Below, in pieces: positions 49,907 through 58,682 of a stretch of 64,000 bases of DNA. How positions within the stretch are numbered: the first letter of the stretch is position 1; every line of letters begins with the position of its first letter. A program made the position numbers and the translations under genes. This DNA is from a virus, in the IMG/VR virus record IMGVR_UViG_3300045141_000107, positions 26,206 through 90,205 of that record. One strand, 5' to 3'. The notes below the pieces were generated by a model that ran no database searches, was not told where the DNA came from, and was given only the letters and a program-made list of their open reading frames with translations.

Positions 49907-50249
49907 GGTCTCCCTATATGTATAGTGTATACGCTCGTAGCGCATCGCGCGTACCTTAGTAGGGTTGCAGTAGGGGTGTAGGGGGCACCCGGAAACTTTG
50001 TGTTTGTCTCAGCGGGTACCCTAAGCGGACATTAGAAGCGTCGTTGTCTGCGTCGTTTGAAACGGATCTTGTTCGAGATCGTAAGTACCTTCCCGTGTGC
50101 CGTTGGTAGGGTGGCATGGCGCGGGCCGGTACCTTGCGCTTGCTAGCTGCCTCTGCGCCAGCGCTGGCAGGCGCGGCAGGCAGGCGCTTTGCCGTTGTCC
50201 GCGGGTAGAACGCTTGTTCTGGCGCTGCCCTGGTGCGCAAGTAGGCAAC

Positions 50250-50278
50250 AAAAAAGCGCTGCCGTGTTGGCAGCGCTT
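50250..50278 (-). terminator. intrinsic terminator
   Basis: minus strand AAGCGCTGCC-AACAC-GGCAGCGCTT running into a T-tract. Confidence 0.7.
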
Positions 50279-50299
50279 GCGCTTGCGGACTGACGTAGG

Positions 50300-50593
50300 T
50301 CAGTCTGGCGAGTCGGAGTAATAGCGCCAACGGCGCAGGCGTTGTACGGCAGCGATAACCTCTGCCTGCCATTCTGTGAGCGCTGGCGCTAGCGAGTAAC
50401 GCGGTGCGGTGTAGTAGCTGGCACCGTTGGAATGGCAATCGACAACGGTGTAGCGCGGTGCCGTTGGCACTGCCTCACTGGCAGTGACAATGGTGTAGAT
50501 CCGCGCCTGCGCAGGCAGTGAGGCAGCGCAGGCTAGCCTAGGGTAGCGGTGCCATACGGCAGGCGCGGCAGTGAGGTTAGTTGTGGCATGCAT
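50300..50593 (-). CDS. hypothetical protein in the anomalous island
   Basis: 97-aa ORF between a hairpin (50611-50635) and a terminator. Confidence 0.45.
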   Translation of the reverse strand: MHATTNLTAAPAVWHRYPRLACAASLPAQARIYTIVTASEAVPTAPRYTVVDCHSNGASYYTAPRYSLAPALTEWQAEVIAAVQRLRRWRYYSDSPD

Positions 50594-50644
50594 GGCGGTA
50601 AGCCTAGCGGTGCGGCAGGCAGTGAGCCTGCCGCAGGCAGCTAG

Positions 50645-51820
50645 TTAGCTGGCGCTCCAATCCGTAGCGCCACACGCGCTACATTCCGTGTTGGTGGTGA
50701 AATTTCGAGCGGTGCAATGCTGGCAGCGCGCCGTTGAGGCAATGCCACCGTTAGGCAGCGCTTGTGCCGCTGGCGGAGTCGGAACACGCGGTGTAGCTGG
50801 CGCGGCAGGCGTGGCAACCTCTGCCGCTTGCGCAGGCGCAGGCGTTGAGGTTGAGCCGTTCCATGCTGCCAGCGCTGCCGCATCCGACGAAACGAAACGG
50901 ACGCCAGCGGTGCCGCGTGCTGCTAGTCGGAATCGACCGTCGGAGTAAAGCGCTACGCCTGCGCCTGAAAGGAATTTGAGCGCCAGCGTATCAGCGCCTT
51001 TAGGCGCGCCAGCCGCATGCGGTCCGAATCCAAACAACCATGCATCCGTGGCAGCGCTTTCGCCTCCGTCTTTGAGTCCGATTGAAAGCAAGTAACGGCG
51101 CATGACAGGCACAAGCGCCAGATAGTCGGATTTGTTGGCTACGCCTGCGCCAGCGAATGAAACGATGGAAACGTAGCGCGTGCCTGCCACGGCAGAGACT
51201 CCGCGCAAATCGCCAGACCATTCCTTGCGGAATTCGGAGTAGGCAGCGGCAGCGCGAGCGTAGACAGTCGGATCACTGTCTGCCTGCGCCAGCGCTTGCG
51301 CATTGCGCTCCGCCGTGCGCGGACCAATTGGTTTGCGGCCGACATACGGCGCAGGCGCGGCAACCTCTGCCGCTGGCGCTTGCGGTGGCGCAGGCGCGTA
51401 TTTCGTTTCGATGGCTGCGAGCATGGCTGCGAGCAATTCCGCAGGCAGGCTAGCTGCGGCAGCGGTGGCAGCGGCAATCTCTGCCGTTTTCTGCGCTTGC
51501 AACGCAACCTCTGCCTCTGCCATCGCCAGCGCTCCGCGCGCCGTTTCGAGCGCTGCCTCAAGCGCAGCACGCGCGGGATTGTCTGCCGTTAGGACTGTCA
51601 ACGCGGTTTCGATGTTGGCAACCGTTACTGCCTCTGGCAGCATGGCAGCGGTGGCAACCTCAACGGTGCCGTTTGCGGTGGGTTCGATGTTGGTAGGAAT
51701 GTCCGTACCCTCAACTGTTGGAACGCTGGCAGGCGTGTTGTCTGCCGCTGGCGTGTTGTCGATTGTCGCTGCCTCTGCCTGCGCAGCTAGCTTTTCAATT
51801 AGGCGCTTTGTCGCTGCCAT
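50645..51820 (-). CDS. Ala-rich protein with C-terminal zinc ribbon
   Basis: GGGAG RBS before ATG 51820; coiled coil, central globular region, CQHC-x10-CSAC. Confidence 0.7.
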   Translation of the reverse strand: MAATKRLIEKLAAQAEAATIDNTPAADNTPASVPTVEGTDIPTNIEPTANGTVEVATAAMLPEAVTVANIETALTVLTADNPARAALEAALETARGALAMAEAEVALQAQKTAEIAAATAAAASLPAELLAAMLAAIETKYAPAPPQAPAAEVAAPAPYVGRKPIGPRTAERNAQALAQADSDPTVYARAAAAYSEFRKEWSGDLRGVSAVAGTRYVSIVSFAGAGVANKSDYLALVPVMRRYLLSIGLKDGGESAATDAWLFGFGPHAAGAPKGADTLALKFLSGAGVALYSDGRFRLAARGTAGVRFVSSDAAALAAWNGSTSTPAPAQAAEVATPAAPATPRVPTPPAAQALPNGGIASTARCQHCTARNFTTNTECSACGATDWSAS

Positions 51821-52021
51821 GTCGTGTCTCCCGCGCTGCCGTGTTGATTTGGTTGGTTCGGAGCGCTGCGGCAATTATGTATCTACGCATAGAATCGCGC
51901 CGTTACACTCAACCGCTTGTACTTGCATACATCGTTCTGGCGCTTGCGCTTGCCAGGGCCAACGCTGGCAAGTTTTGTAACGGCGGCAGTTTGGCGCGTG
52001 GTACAAAAAGTCGGTACAAAT

Positions 52022-52208
52022 CTCAACCGCGCTCAACCGCTTTTTGCTGCCGCTCAACCGCTTTTCGGCGGGTTACGGTAAAGCGGTTTTTCGTTGGATT
52101 TTTCGTAGGCAGTCTGCCGCAGGCATTACTTGCGCTTGCACGTTTGCATTTGATAACGGCGCGCCATTTGATAACACGGCGTCACCCGTACGCGTACGTA
52201 CGCGTACG
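52022..52208. repeat. CTCAACCGC x3, CATTTGATAAC x2 and a 22-bp perfect palindrome
   Basis: copies at 52022, 52032, 52053 (also 51908); 52147, 52165; CGTACGCGTACGTACGCGTACG at 52187-52208. Confidence 0.8.
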
Positions 52209-52220
52209 CATTTACTTGCG

Positions 52221-52485
52221 TTAGCACGTGCTAATGTGCAAGCGTTAGCCGATGCTAACGGCCTTAGCCCCAGCTAAGCGCAAGCGTTAGTTAGCACATA
52301 CTAACAGCCGCGGACAGCGCAAACTGGCAACGTTAGCATATGCGAACGCCAGGGCAGCGCAAGTGCAAACTAACCTCCTTAGTATGTGCTAACTTGCAAG
52401 CGCAGCATGTGCAAACTGCAAGCGTTAGTTCGTACATGCTAACGTCCTAAGCACGTGCGTGCTTCGGGACGCAGTGCGTGCTAAG
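52221..52485. repeat. array of 14-bp palindromes TTAGC-N4-GCTAA
   Basis: copies at 52221, 52245, 52264, 52291, 52333, 52379, 52429, plus degenerate copies near 52402, 52448, 52471. Confidence 0.85.
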
Positions 52486-52502
52486 GCACGCCGCGGCGTC
52501 AA

Positions 52503-52730
52503 TAGAAACTACTGTCTCTCCCCAGATTCGTGCCGAATTTTGGGAATTCACCGTCTCTCGTGGGGTCGGGCCCAGATCGTGATCTGCTGATCGGGATCGT
52601 GTACTGAAGGAAGTGACCGACCTACAGATCGGGATCAGGATCCTTTAGAAACTACCGTCTTTCCCCAGATCATACCAGATTTTACATGAATACACGGCAA
52701 TAAAACGGGAATCTACCGTCTTTCTGGGGG
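52503..52730. repeat. duplicated 25-bp units enclosing a GATC cluster
   Basis: TAGAAACTACYGTCTYTCCCCAGAT at 52503 and 52646; GATC at 52575, 52581, 52589, 52595, 52627, 52633, 52639, 52668. Confidence 0.8.
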
Positions 52731-53108
52731 ATAACTCAAGATTACAGACGTCAATCATGCCTAGATGGAGAGATCTTCACATGAACAACTACACATGCAC
52801 GAATTTTACTACGAAATTGATACAGAACAAACATTATTCATTACATACTACCTGCTGTTGCACTGAGGGACTAGGTATACCGAGCTCTTTTTAGCGATTA
52901 CTTATAGATCAGATAGTCGCGTCGCACAACAGTGTTTGCAAATATCTAGACCGGGGATATCCAGACGGGGTATCTAGCATGGGGGTATCCCAAACCATAC
53001 TACCTGTGTTTCAGGGCTTGATCAGGGAAAGAATGCAACTAAGGCGCAAGGTACCGGAATATATCATGGTCGTACAAAGAGGCACCAAATATCCAGCAGT
53101 GGGGATAT

Positions 53109-53498
53109 CTAGACGGGGGTATGTGGACAATAGCCTCTCATACCATACGACCAGTTACAATTCATACACAATGTACGGAATGTAGTGGGGTAGTTCTCGC
53201 GTATGATGCGTAGGTATGCCTGAAAACTGTTCTCTGGGTATGGCTTGCCGCCGATATGATCTATGTTTAGGAATTCCTCGTGCTGCTCCCCACAACACAC
53301 GCATTCCCACCCATAGTGGTTGAACACTTTGATCCGGATCTCTTTCCTTAGCTTAGCAAGGCGCAAGTTGTTCTGTTCCCTGCGGCAATAGATACAGACT
53401 GTCCCACCCTGAAATGTACCACCCGCGATCGTACCAGTGTTGCCGCACCGACACACACGTCTCTTGTTCCTACGGCTTATGACTATACGTTTCAGCAC
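53109..53498 (-). CDS. HNH endonuclease
   Basis: HYG.ECVCCGE....LNIDHI...LCMNCN. Confidence 0.75.
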   Translation of the reverse strand: MLKRIVISRRNKRRVCRCGNTGTIAGGTFQGGTVCIYCRREQNNLRLAKLRKEIRIKVFNHYGWECVCCGEQHEEFLNIDHIGGKPYPENSFQAYLRIIRENYPTTFRTLCMNCNWSYGMRGYCPHTPV

Positions 53499-53625
53499 TA
53501 CCCATATTATACCATACGTAGATCACGATCTATATTTCAGCACAATAAAGGCCACCTTTCTAGGGGTGGCCCATCTAGACGGAGGGGGTATTGGGGCGAT
53601 TACTTGGCTGCAATACGGGAAGCAA

Positions 53626-53904
53626 TCATGGGTGCTGAGGTCGTGTCAGATTTTCAGCTTTCACAATACGATTGGCTTCCACAAGCCCGCAACTGTTCGT
53701 GCGGCAGGTAACCCAGACACGTGCCACGTAAGAGTTCTGGAGCTGAATAAGTGCCACGCCGTTCTGCATTACCACCCAATGGAGGCCATCCTGCATGAGA
53801 ATGTATCCCTTGTATGCAATCGTACCTGCACTTTCGTTGTAGAACCCGTTCTGTACCGCCAGCTTGTACACCTGGAGGCGTGTGCTTTCGTTGCGCATTG
53901 CTTC
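53626..53904 (-). CDS. hypothetical protein
   Basis: within ORF 53626..53943; AAGGAAG precedes MRNESTR; start approximate. Confidence 0.4.
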   Translation of the reverse strand, partial: EAMRNESTRLQVYKLAVQNGFYNESAGTIAYKGYILMQDGLHWVVMQNGVALIQLQNSYVARVWVTCRTNSCGLVEANRIVKAENLTRPQHP

Positions 53905-54719
53905 CTTAGCTGAAATAATCACTGTGGTGCCCTCGCCGAACATTATACCACCTGCCTATTTCTCAATAATGTAGAGCACACAAATGATCATGAGAGCACA
54001 CCACACCGGAAATGGTAGGGAAGCAATCAAGTTCACCCACCAATCGAAAGCGTATGTGTAGTGATGCAATTGTTCTAGCAGTGCCTGTTCCATGGTCTAT
54101 CGGTCCACGTATTTCTGTCCTGGCTGCACCCAGGCTGCATTCCCAACCATGATGGCTGGACCACGGCTGTCCAAGTACACCACCAGATAGTTGTACTTCG
54201 TACCCTTGATTAGCTGTGTGAGGGCGCTCTTACGCGCCGCCACACTCTTGTAAATGCGCCACTCCATTACGCTTCAGCCTCCACTTCCTGGTGCTGTGCT
54301 TCAATCCAGCTTTCAATGCCTTCCTGGCAGGTGAAACGGCGTGCGTGCTGATGCACGTAGCCGTTCTTATCCATTAGCCGCCAGAAGTCGTCACCACAGT
54401 GCACGTATCTCACTCCATGCATTGTGTATTGCTGAAAGTGTGCCATCTTAGCCAATGAACCCCGAACCAACTGCCCAGACGCCAGCCACAACCACCAGAC
54501 TGTAAACCGTTCCAGCCATGAACGCTACCAGATAGCCCATTGTTCTCACTCCTTAGCGGGCAGGCTTCAGCAGCCTGTGGACCCGCAGGTACTCAGCCGC
54601 AACCTTGCGGCTAATCTTGTAGGGGCGGTACGGGAGTACGCCCCTATCCATGTACGGCTGGCGTCCGTTTACCAGCAGATAGGCATCAGTGCCCCAGAGC
54701 TTGTACGTGGCCTGATGCA

Positions 54720-55082
54720 TTACCACTTCTCCCGTATTGGGGTCCAGGGGCCTTTCGGCATCTGTGTACCCTTGTAATCGCGTGTGGGACGTGGCATTGG
54801 TCGCTGGCCCTTGCCGCTTGGACGGTTGGCACGGTCGGCCGCAACCTGTTCTGGTGTTGGGTTGTACGGTTTGCTCAGTTCGGCCTGCCGTTTCTTGCTC
54901 ATGGCCCGTAGCATGGCAAGGTGCGCGTCGTGTTCCTCGGCCTCAACGTAGCCCATGCTTTCCATCCGGTCCACCCAAGCCATGAACTTGGCCGCGTCAG
55001 TGGTAATGAACTCGGCCATTGGTGCAGAAAACGGGCTGTCACCCTTTGCCATACGGAACATGACGCCGTGGTACTGTGGCAT
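54720..55082 (-). CDS. hypothetical protein
   Basis: MPQYHGVMF... after an AAAGGTGG RBS, downstream of a promoter. Confidence 0.55.
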   Translation of the reverse strand: MPQYHGVMFRMAKGDSPFSAPMAEFITTDAAKFMAWVDRMESMGYVEAEEHDAHLAMLRAMSKKRQAELSKPYNPTPEQVAADRANRPSGKGQRPMPRPTRDYKGTQMPKGPWTPIREKW

Positions 55083-55165
55083 TAGACACCACCTTTCATA
55101 TGCGCAAGCCTGGTTGCCCCTTGGGGCTGGACGCTGCCATTGCCTACGCCGCTGCGCATGGCTAA

Positions 55166-55195
55166 AGTATGCCCCATAGAGTATCTGGGCCACAA
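55166..55195 (-). promoter_or_regulatory. repeated early promoter
   Basis: TTGTGG-cccAGAtacTCTatgggg-CATACT. Confidence 0.6.
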
Positions 55196-55493
55196 GCTAA
55201 TGCTGAACGTGGCGTGAGTGTGTAGAGAGGGGGGCCTTTCGACCCCCAGACCTTGCACTACTTCGCTTCCAGCGCCTGCTCGATTGCATTTAGCGCATTG
55301 AAAGCAAACAGGGTCCCAACCAGTTTCTGGTTCTTTAGGAACCATGCCCGTGCCTGATAAAGCTCAGGCTTTGTCCAACTCTTTAGCTGCCGTACCTGAG
55401 CATCCATAACCCACTCCATAACACACTCCATGGCGCGCACGCGGTTTAGCCCCTTGGGGCCGTGGAAAGCACCTACGCCGCTGCGCACGCCAC

Positions 55494-55523
55494 ATTATGC
55501 CATATAGAGGCTCTGTGGTGCAG
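55494..55523 (-). promoter_or_regulatory. repeated early promoter
   Basis: CTGCAC-cacAGAgccTCTatatgg-CATAAT. Confidence 0.6.
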
Positions 55524-55554
55524 TCCCTGCTGAACGTGTGGTGAACGTGGCGTC

Positions 55555-55875
55555 CTATTCGGTCTCCCTTTCCAGGATGAGGAGTGCAATATCCGCTCCC
55601 GTTTGTACGCTCGTGCGTCCGCACACCATCAGTACCTCTGTGAGACCGAGTGCCTGCAGGAACGCCTTGGCAATCCCAAGGTCCTGGGTGCGGAACGTGG
55701 TTTCGTTCTCGGCAGTGATCTCGACGACGACTGGTTCCGGTTCGGGCTGTTTCATGTCTACCAAAGTCGTGCCAGATTTACGGCATGACGGGTGTGAAAA
55801 CATCATAGTCTCTCCCATACCATGATAATAACTGTCCCGGCCAATGCGGCCAGGACTAAGACTGTACCAATCCAT
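55555..55875 (-). CDS. hypothetical protein
   Basis: 106-aa ORF. Confidence 0.45.
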   Translation of the reverse strand: MDWYSLSPGRIGRDSYYHGMGETMMFSHPSCRKSGTTLVDMKQPEPEPVVVEITAENETTFRTQDLGIAKAFLQALGLTEVLMVCGRTSVQTGADIALLILERETE

Positions 55876-56355
55876 TCCATTACCTTAGCAGGCTTGCCAT
55901 GTCCAGCCGTTGGCATTCACTCACGGGCAGACGTGCTTCAAGCATCTCCTTGTACACTAGCTTTTCTGCTAGTGTGTGATTGGCATGTGCGTAGTGGTGG
56001 TCTGGGAGACAGATAACCATCTCACCAACACTGATGCGGTACTCTCGCCTGTCACGCAACACCATGCAGATGCGACAATCATAGCCTGGTTCGAAGGTTG
56101 AAGGGAGGGGCAACTGCCCCTCGAACTCCAATGGTACGCGGTACATTTCAGTCCTCGCTGTATGCGTCATGCTCCATGGTGAAGCCGTTGTCCCGCATAC
56201 GATAAGGGCAACCCACGCAGGAGTCTTCGTCATCCACCGTGTTGCACGGAGGGCAACCATTGTCCCAGTCGCTGTTGATTGGGAGACCAGCCGCACTGGC
56301 CTCCAAGTACAGCGCCGCTAGACGCTGGTTCAGTTCTTGCAACTTTGTCACTATC

Positions 56356-56682
56356 TCACTCCTTGCCATCGCAGATGGCACAATACCCTGGCCCGTCACA
56401 GGCGGGCTGCATAAGCATGCTGAACGCCTGGATGAAGTACAGCTTGTCCAGGAACAGCAGGTAGGCAACCCACAGTTCCAGCAACGCGGCCAGCTCAAGG
56501 TCTGGCCCAACATCACTGTACTCAGCAACAATCTCACGCCCATTGCGGCGTGAGAGCTTAGCCATTCGGCGCTTCTCCCAACGATAGGGAGTTGTGGCTG
56601 GCCTCCAGCCACGCCCACCATCGAAGTGGGTCAATTCTTTGTGGCGCAGATTGGGGCTAAACTCTACAACCAAACGGGACAT
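56356..56682 (-). CDS. hypothetical protein
   Basis: GAGGG RBS downstream of a promoter; C-terminal Cys cluster. Confidence 0.5.
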   Translation of the reverse strand: MSRLVVEFSPNLRHKELTHFDGGRGWRPATTPYRWEKRRMAKLSRRNGREIVAEYSDVGPDLELAALLELWVAYLLFLDKLYFIQAFSMLMQPACDGPGYCAICDGKE

Positions 56683-56731
56683 AACTCTTACCCTCTTGCT
56701 TCATATAGGCAATGCCTGGTTGCCTAGCCGT

Positions 56732-56761
56732 AGTATAGGGCATGGACGCTCTGGTTAGGTT
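56732..56761 (-). promoter_or_regulatory. repeated early promoter (weak -35)
   Basis: accAGAgcgTCcatgccc-TATACT followed by a TAGGCAA/TTGCCTA hairpin. Confidence 0.5.
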
Positions 56762-57228
56762 CAGTTGACCCAACCATCTCCCGCTAAGATACGGCTGATC
56801 TGCGAATGTGCTACTTCGAATCTCCGTGCTAGATGCCTTTGACTACATCCAAGGACACAATACAGAAAGATTATTGCCTGAACCTGTCTGTATGTTAGTC
56901 TAGCTGAACCATGCCTTTCTCCTACAGCCTGTCGCCCCTTAGCCACCATGTCATCCATGTTCACCTGTTGTGTACCTAGGAACAGATGGCTTATCTCACC
57001 ACACACTCTGTTATCACATGTGTGTAGAACTTGTAATCCTTCAGGCGCTGATCCATTATGGTGTGTCCACACTAGAATATGAACCCGCCATAATCGTTGG
57101 TGGTATCTAACTAGACCGTACCCATTATCCGACAGTGGCCGTCCGCTCCAGTTTCTGCATCCAGTGACAGGGTCTAGTATTAGCCTAGTCTCTATATCAG
57201 TCCATGTTGCGCGACGGCCTTTAGTCAT
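56761..57228 (-). CDS. HNH homing endonuclease with C-terminal HTH
   Basis: GCRNWSG, GYG, VH, VLHTCDNRVC...HLFLGT...NMDDMVAKGR. Confidence 0.9.
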   Translation of the reverse strand: MTKGRRATWTDIETRLILDPVTGCRNWSGRPLSDNGYGLVRYHQRLWRVHILVWTHHNGSAPEGLQVLHTCDNRVCGEISHLFLGTQQVNMDDMVAKGRQAVGERHGSARLTYRQVQAIIFLYCVLGCSQRHLARRFEVAHSQISRILAGDGWVN

Positions 57229-57674
57229 TAGCTGCTATGCCCGAATATTGTCTTTTCGGCGCAGTTGCCGCATCTAAATTCACCCTGCCAGTAGACCCAC
57301 CCATTCGGGTAGTTCCCACCGTACCATGCGTAGCAGTCGTCTTCATTGCCACCATTGTCCCAGGGGAGAAGCAAATGGTTCACTCCGTCGCATCCCTCCC
57401 TGGTACCTGGAATCTCACCAGTAACCGCGTTGCACCACAGAACCGGAAACCAGTTCTTGGCACTTTCCACAGAATGCTCTGAGACAGTGTGGTCTTCCAA
57501 CTGACACATATCACAGATAGCATGTTGGCACCAGATTTTGTCAGGTGCCGTCCAGTGGTAGATAGCAGCTTCCTCACCCATGATTACTTCTGCACCACAG
57601 GGGGCATCAGCCACCCAATAGTGCATCTTCATCACAGGAGAGTACCTGCGTGCTTTGACAAACGCTGGCAGCAT
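57228..57674 (-). CDS. Cys-rich hypothetical protein
   Basis: 148-aa coupled ORF. Confidence 0.5.
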   Translation of the reverse strand: MLPAFVKARRYSPVMKMHYWVADAPCGAEVIMGEEAAIYHWTAPDKIWCQHAICDMCQLEDHTVSEHSVESAKNWFPVLWCNAVTGEIPGTREGCDGVNHLLLPWDNGGNEDDCYAWYGGNYPNGWVYWQGEFRCGNCAEKTIFGHSS

Positions 57675-57925
57675 CAGTTCAAGCCGTCCTGCATGTAGAG
57701 GCCGATAGCCACTGGCACACAGTGCTCACCGTGGTCAGCGCAATCAACACGAACTGCCCACGCTGGTGTAATCAGGCAGTTCTTGTCACACACTTCACAC
57801 ACGTAGTGGTGGTCTTCATCCACAAACTCAGGCGGGCTGGCGAAGTGGCCTCCGCAACAATCGGAGGCCCATGTGATGCCCACAATTGGGAAGGCATCCT
57901 TCAGTTCTTGGCTGACAGTTTGCAT
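57674..57925 (-). CDS. Cys-rich hypothetical protein
   Basis: MQTVSQELK...SDCCG...CEVCDKNC; TAATG coupling. Confidence 0.5.
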   Translation of the reverse strand: MQTVSQELKDAFPIVGITWASDCCGGHFASPPEFVDEDHHYVCEVCDKNCLITPAWAVRVDCADHGEHCVPVAIGLYMQDGLN

Positions 57926-58135
57926 TACGGGGTGTCTTTTGCCTCTTGCTCTGCTTCCAGCAGCGCATCCGTCACACGCGGGGGCTTGCCTGAAGCCTTC
58001 CAAATCTCCCGACAACGTGCCCATGCGGCCAGCTTCTCGGGGCTAACCTCTGTGTTCACAGGCTGCTCGACAGGTTTCTGTGCCATGATTATCTCCATAG
58101 CTTTTCAAGTACCGTGGGCCTGTTGGCCCACCCAC

Positions 58136-58165
58136 ATTATGCCACATGGAGCGTCTGTGGCACAT
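58136..58165 (-). promoter_or_regulatory. repeated early promoter
   Basis: ATGTGC-cacAGAcgcTCcatgtgg-CATAAT followed by a GTGGGCC-AACA-GGCCCAC hairpin. Confidence 0.55.
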
Positions 58166-58253
58166 CTCCAGCCGTTCTTGACTGCACTTACCCCTAGCTG
58201 CCCATTCCCATGGAAAGAGATGGTCTGCGACTCGTGCTAGAACTAATCATGGG

Positions 58254-58667
58254 TTAGATTATCGTGCCAGATTTCCTCAAGTATCTCGCCAAGCCAAGCA
58301 ATGTCTCACGACGGTCCCGAACATTTCCCAACGCCAGATTACAAGACGGGCAGAGCAGACCACGTACACATTTTCCACACGTGTTATTCCCTGGACAACA
58401 ACGGCGGTCATGGTCCACACATATCTTAGGCATTGGTCGCTCGCACCCACCACATAGAAAGTTTTGCTTCACAAGCAAGTCAACGAACTTACGTGGTGGG
58501 ATATTGAACTTTCTCTCAAGGCGACTTTTCAGGGCAAACGCACGACCACGGACAGTACGCATTCTAGCCTGCATTCCAATTCTCTTGCAGGTGACACAGT
58601 AATCTCCAGGGAAACCATCCTTCCTTGGGCTACGTTGATGTGTAGTATCGGAGCAACGCTTGGGCAT
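58254..58667 (-). CDS. endonuclease VII-family protein
   Basis: Q..LC..C, VDHD..CC...CGKCVRGLLC..CN..LG. Confidence 0.85.
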   Translation of the reverse strand: MPKRCSDTTHQRSPRKDGFPGDYCVTCKRIGMQARMRTVRGRAFALKSRLERKFNIPPRKFVDLLVKQNFLCGGCERPMPKICVDHDRRCCPGNNTCGKCVRGLLCPSCNLALGNVRDRRETLLGLARYLRKSGTII

Positions 58668-58682
58668 TGCCCCAATTATACC

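Noticed and set aside
49956-50298. Minus-strand ORFs 49956..50438 and 50021..50251
   Set aside because: No RBS, they cross or follow a clear terminator, and their composition looks non-coding
52221-52234. CIRCE (HrcA) element
   Set aside because: Shares the TTAGCAC/GTGCTAA arms but lacks the full TTAGCACTC-N9-GAGTGCTAA layout
52221-52485. CRISPR array
   Set aside because: Repeats are only 14 bp, degenerate and irregularly spaced; no cas genes
56761-57228. Group I intron or intein around the HNH gene
   Set aside because: Flanking ORFs appear complete and coupled; no split gene is visible
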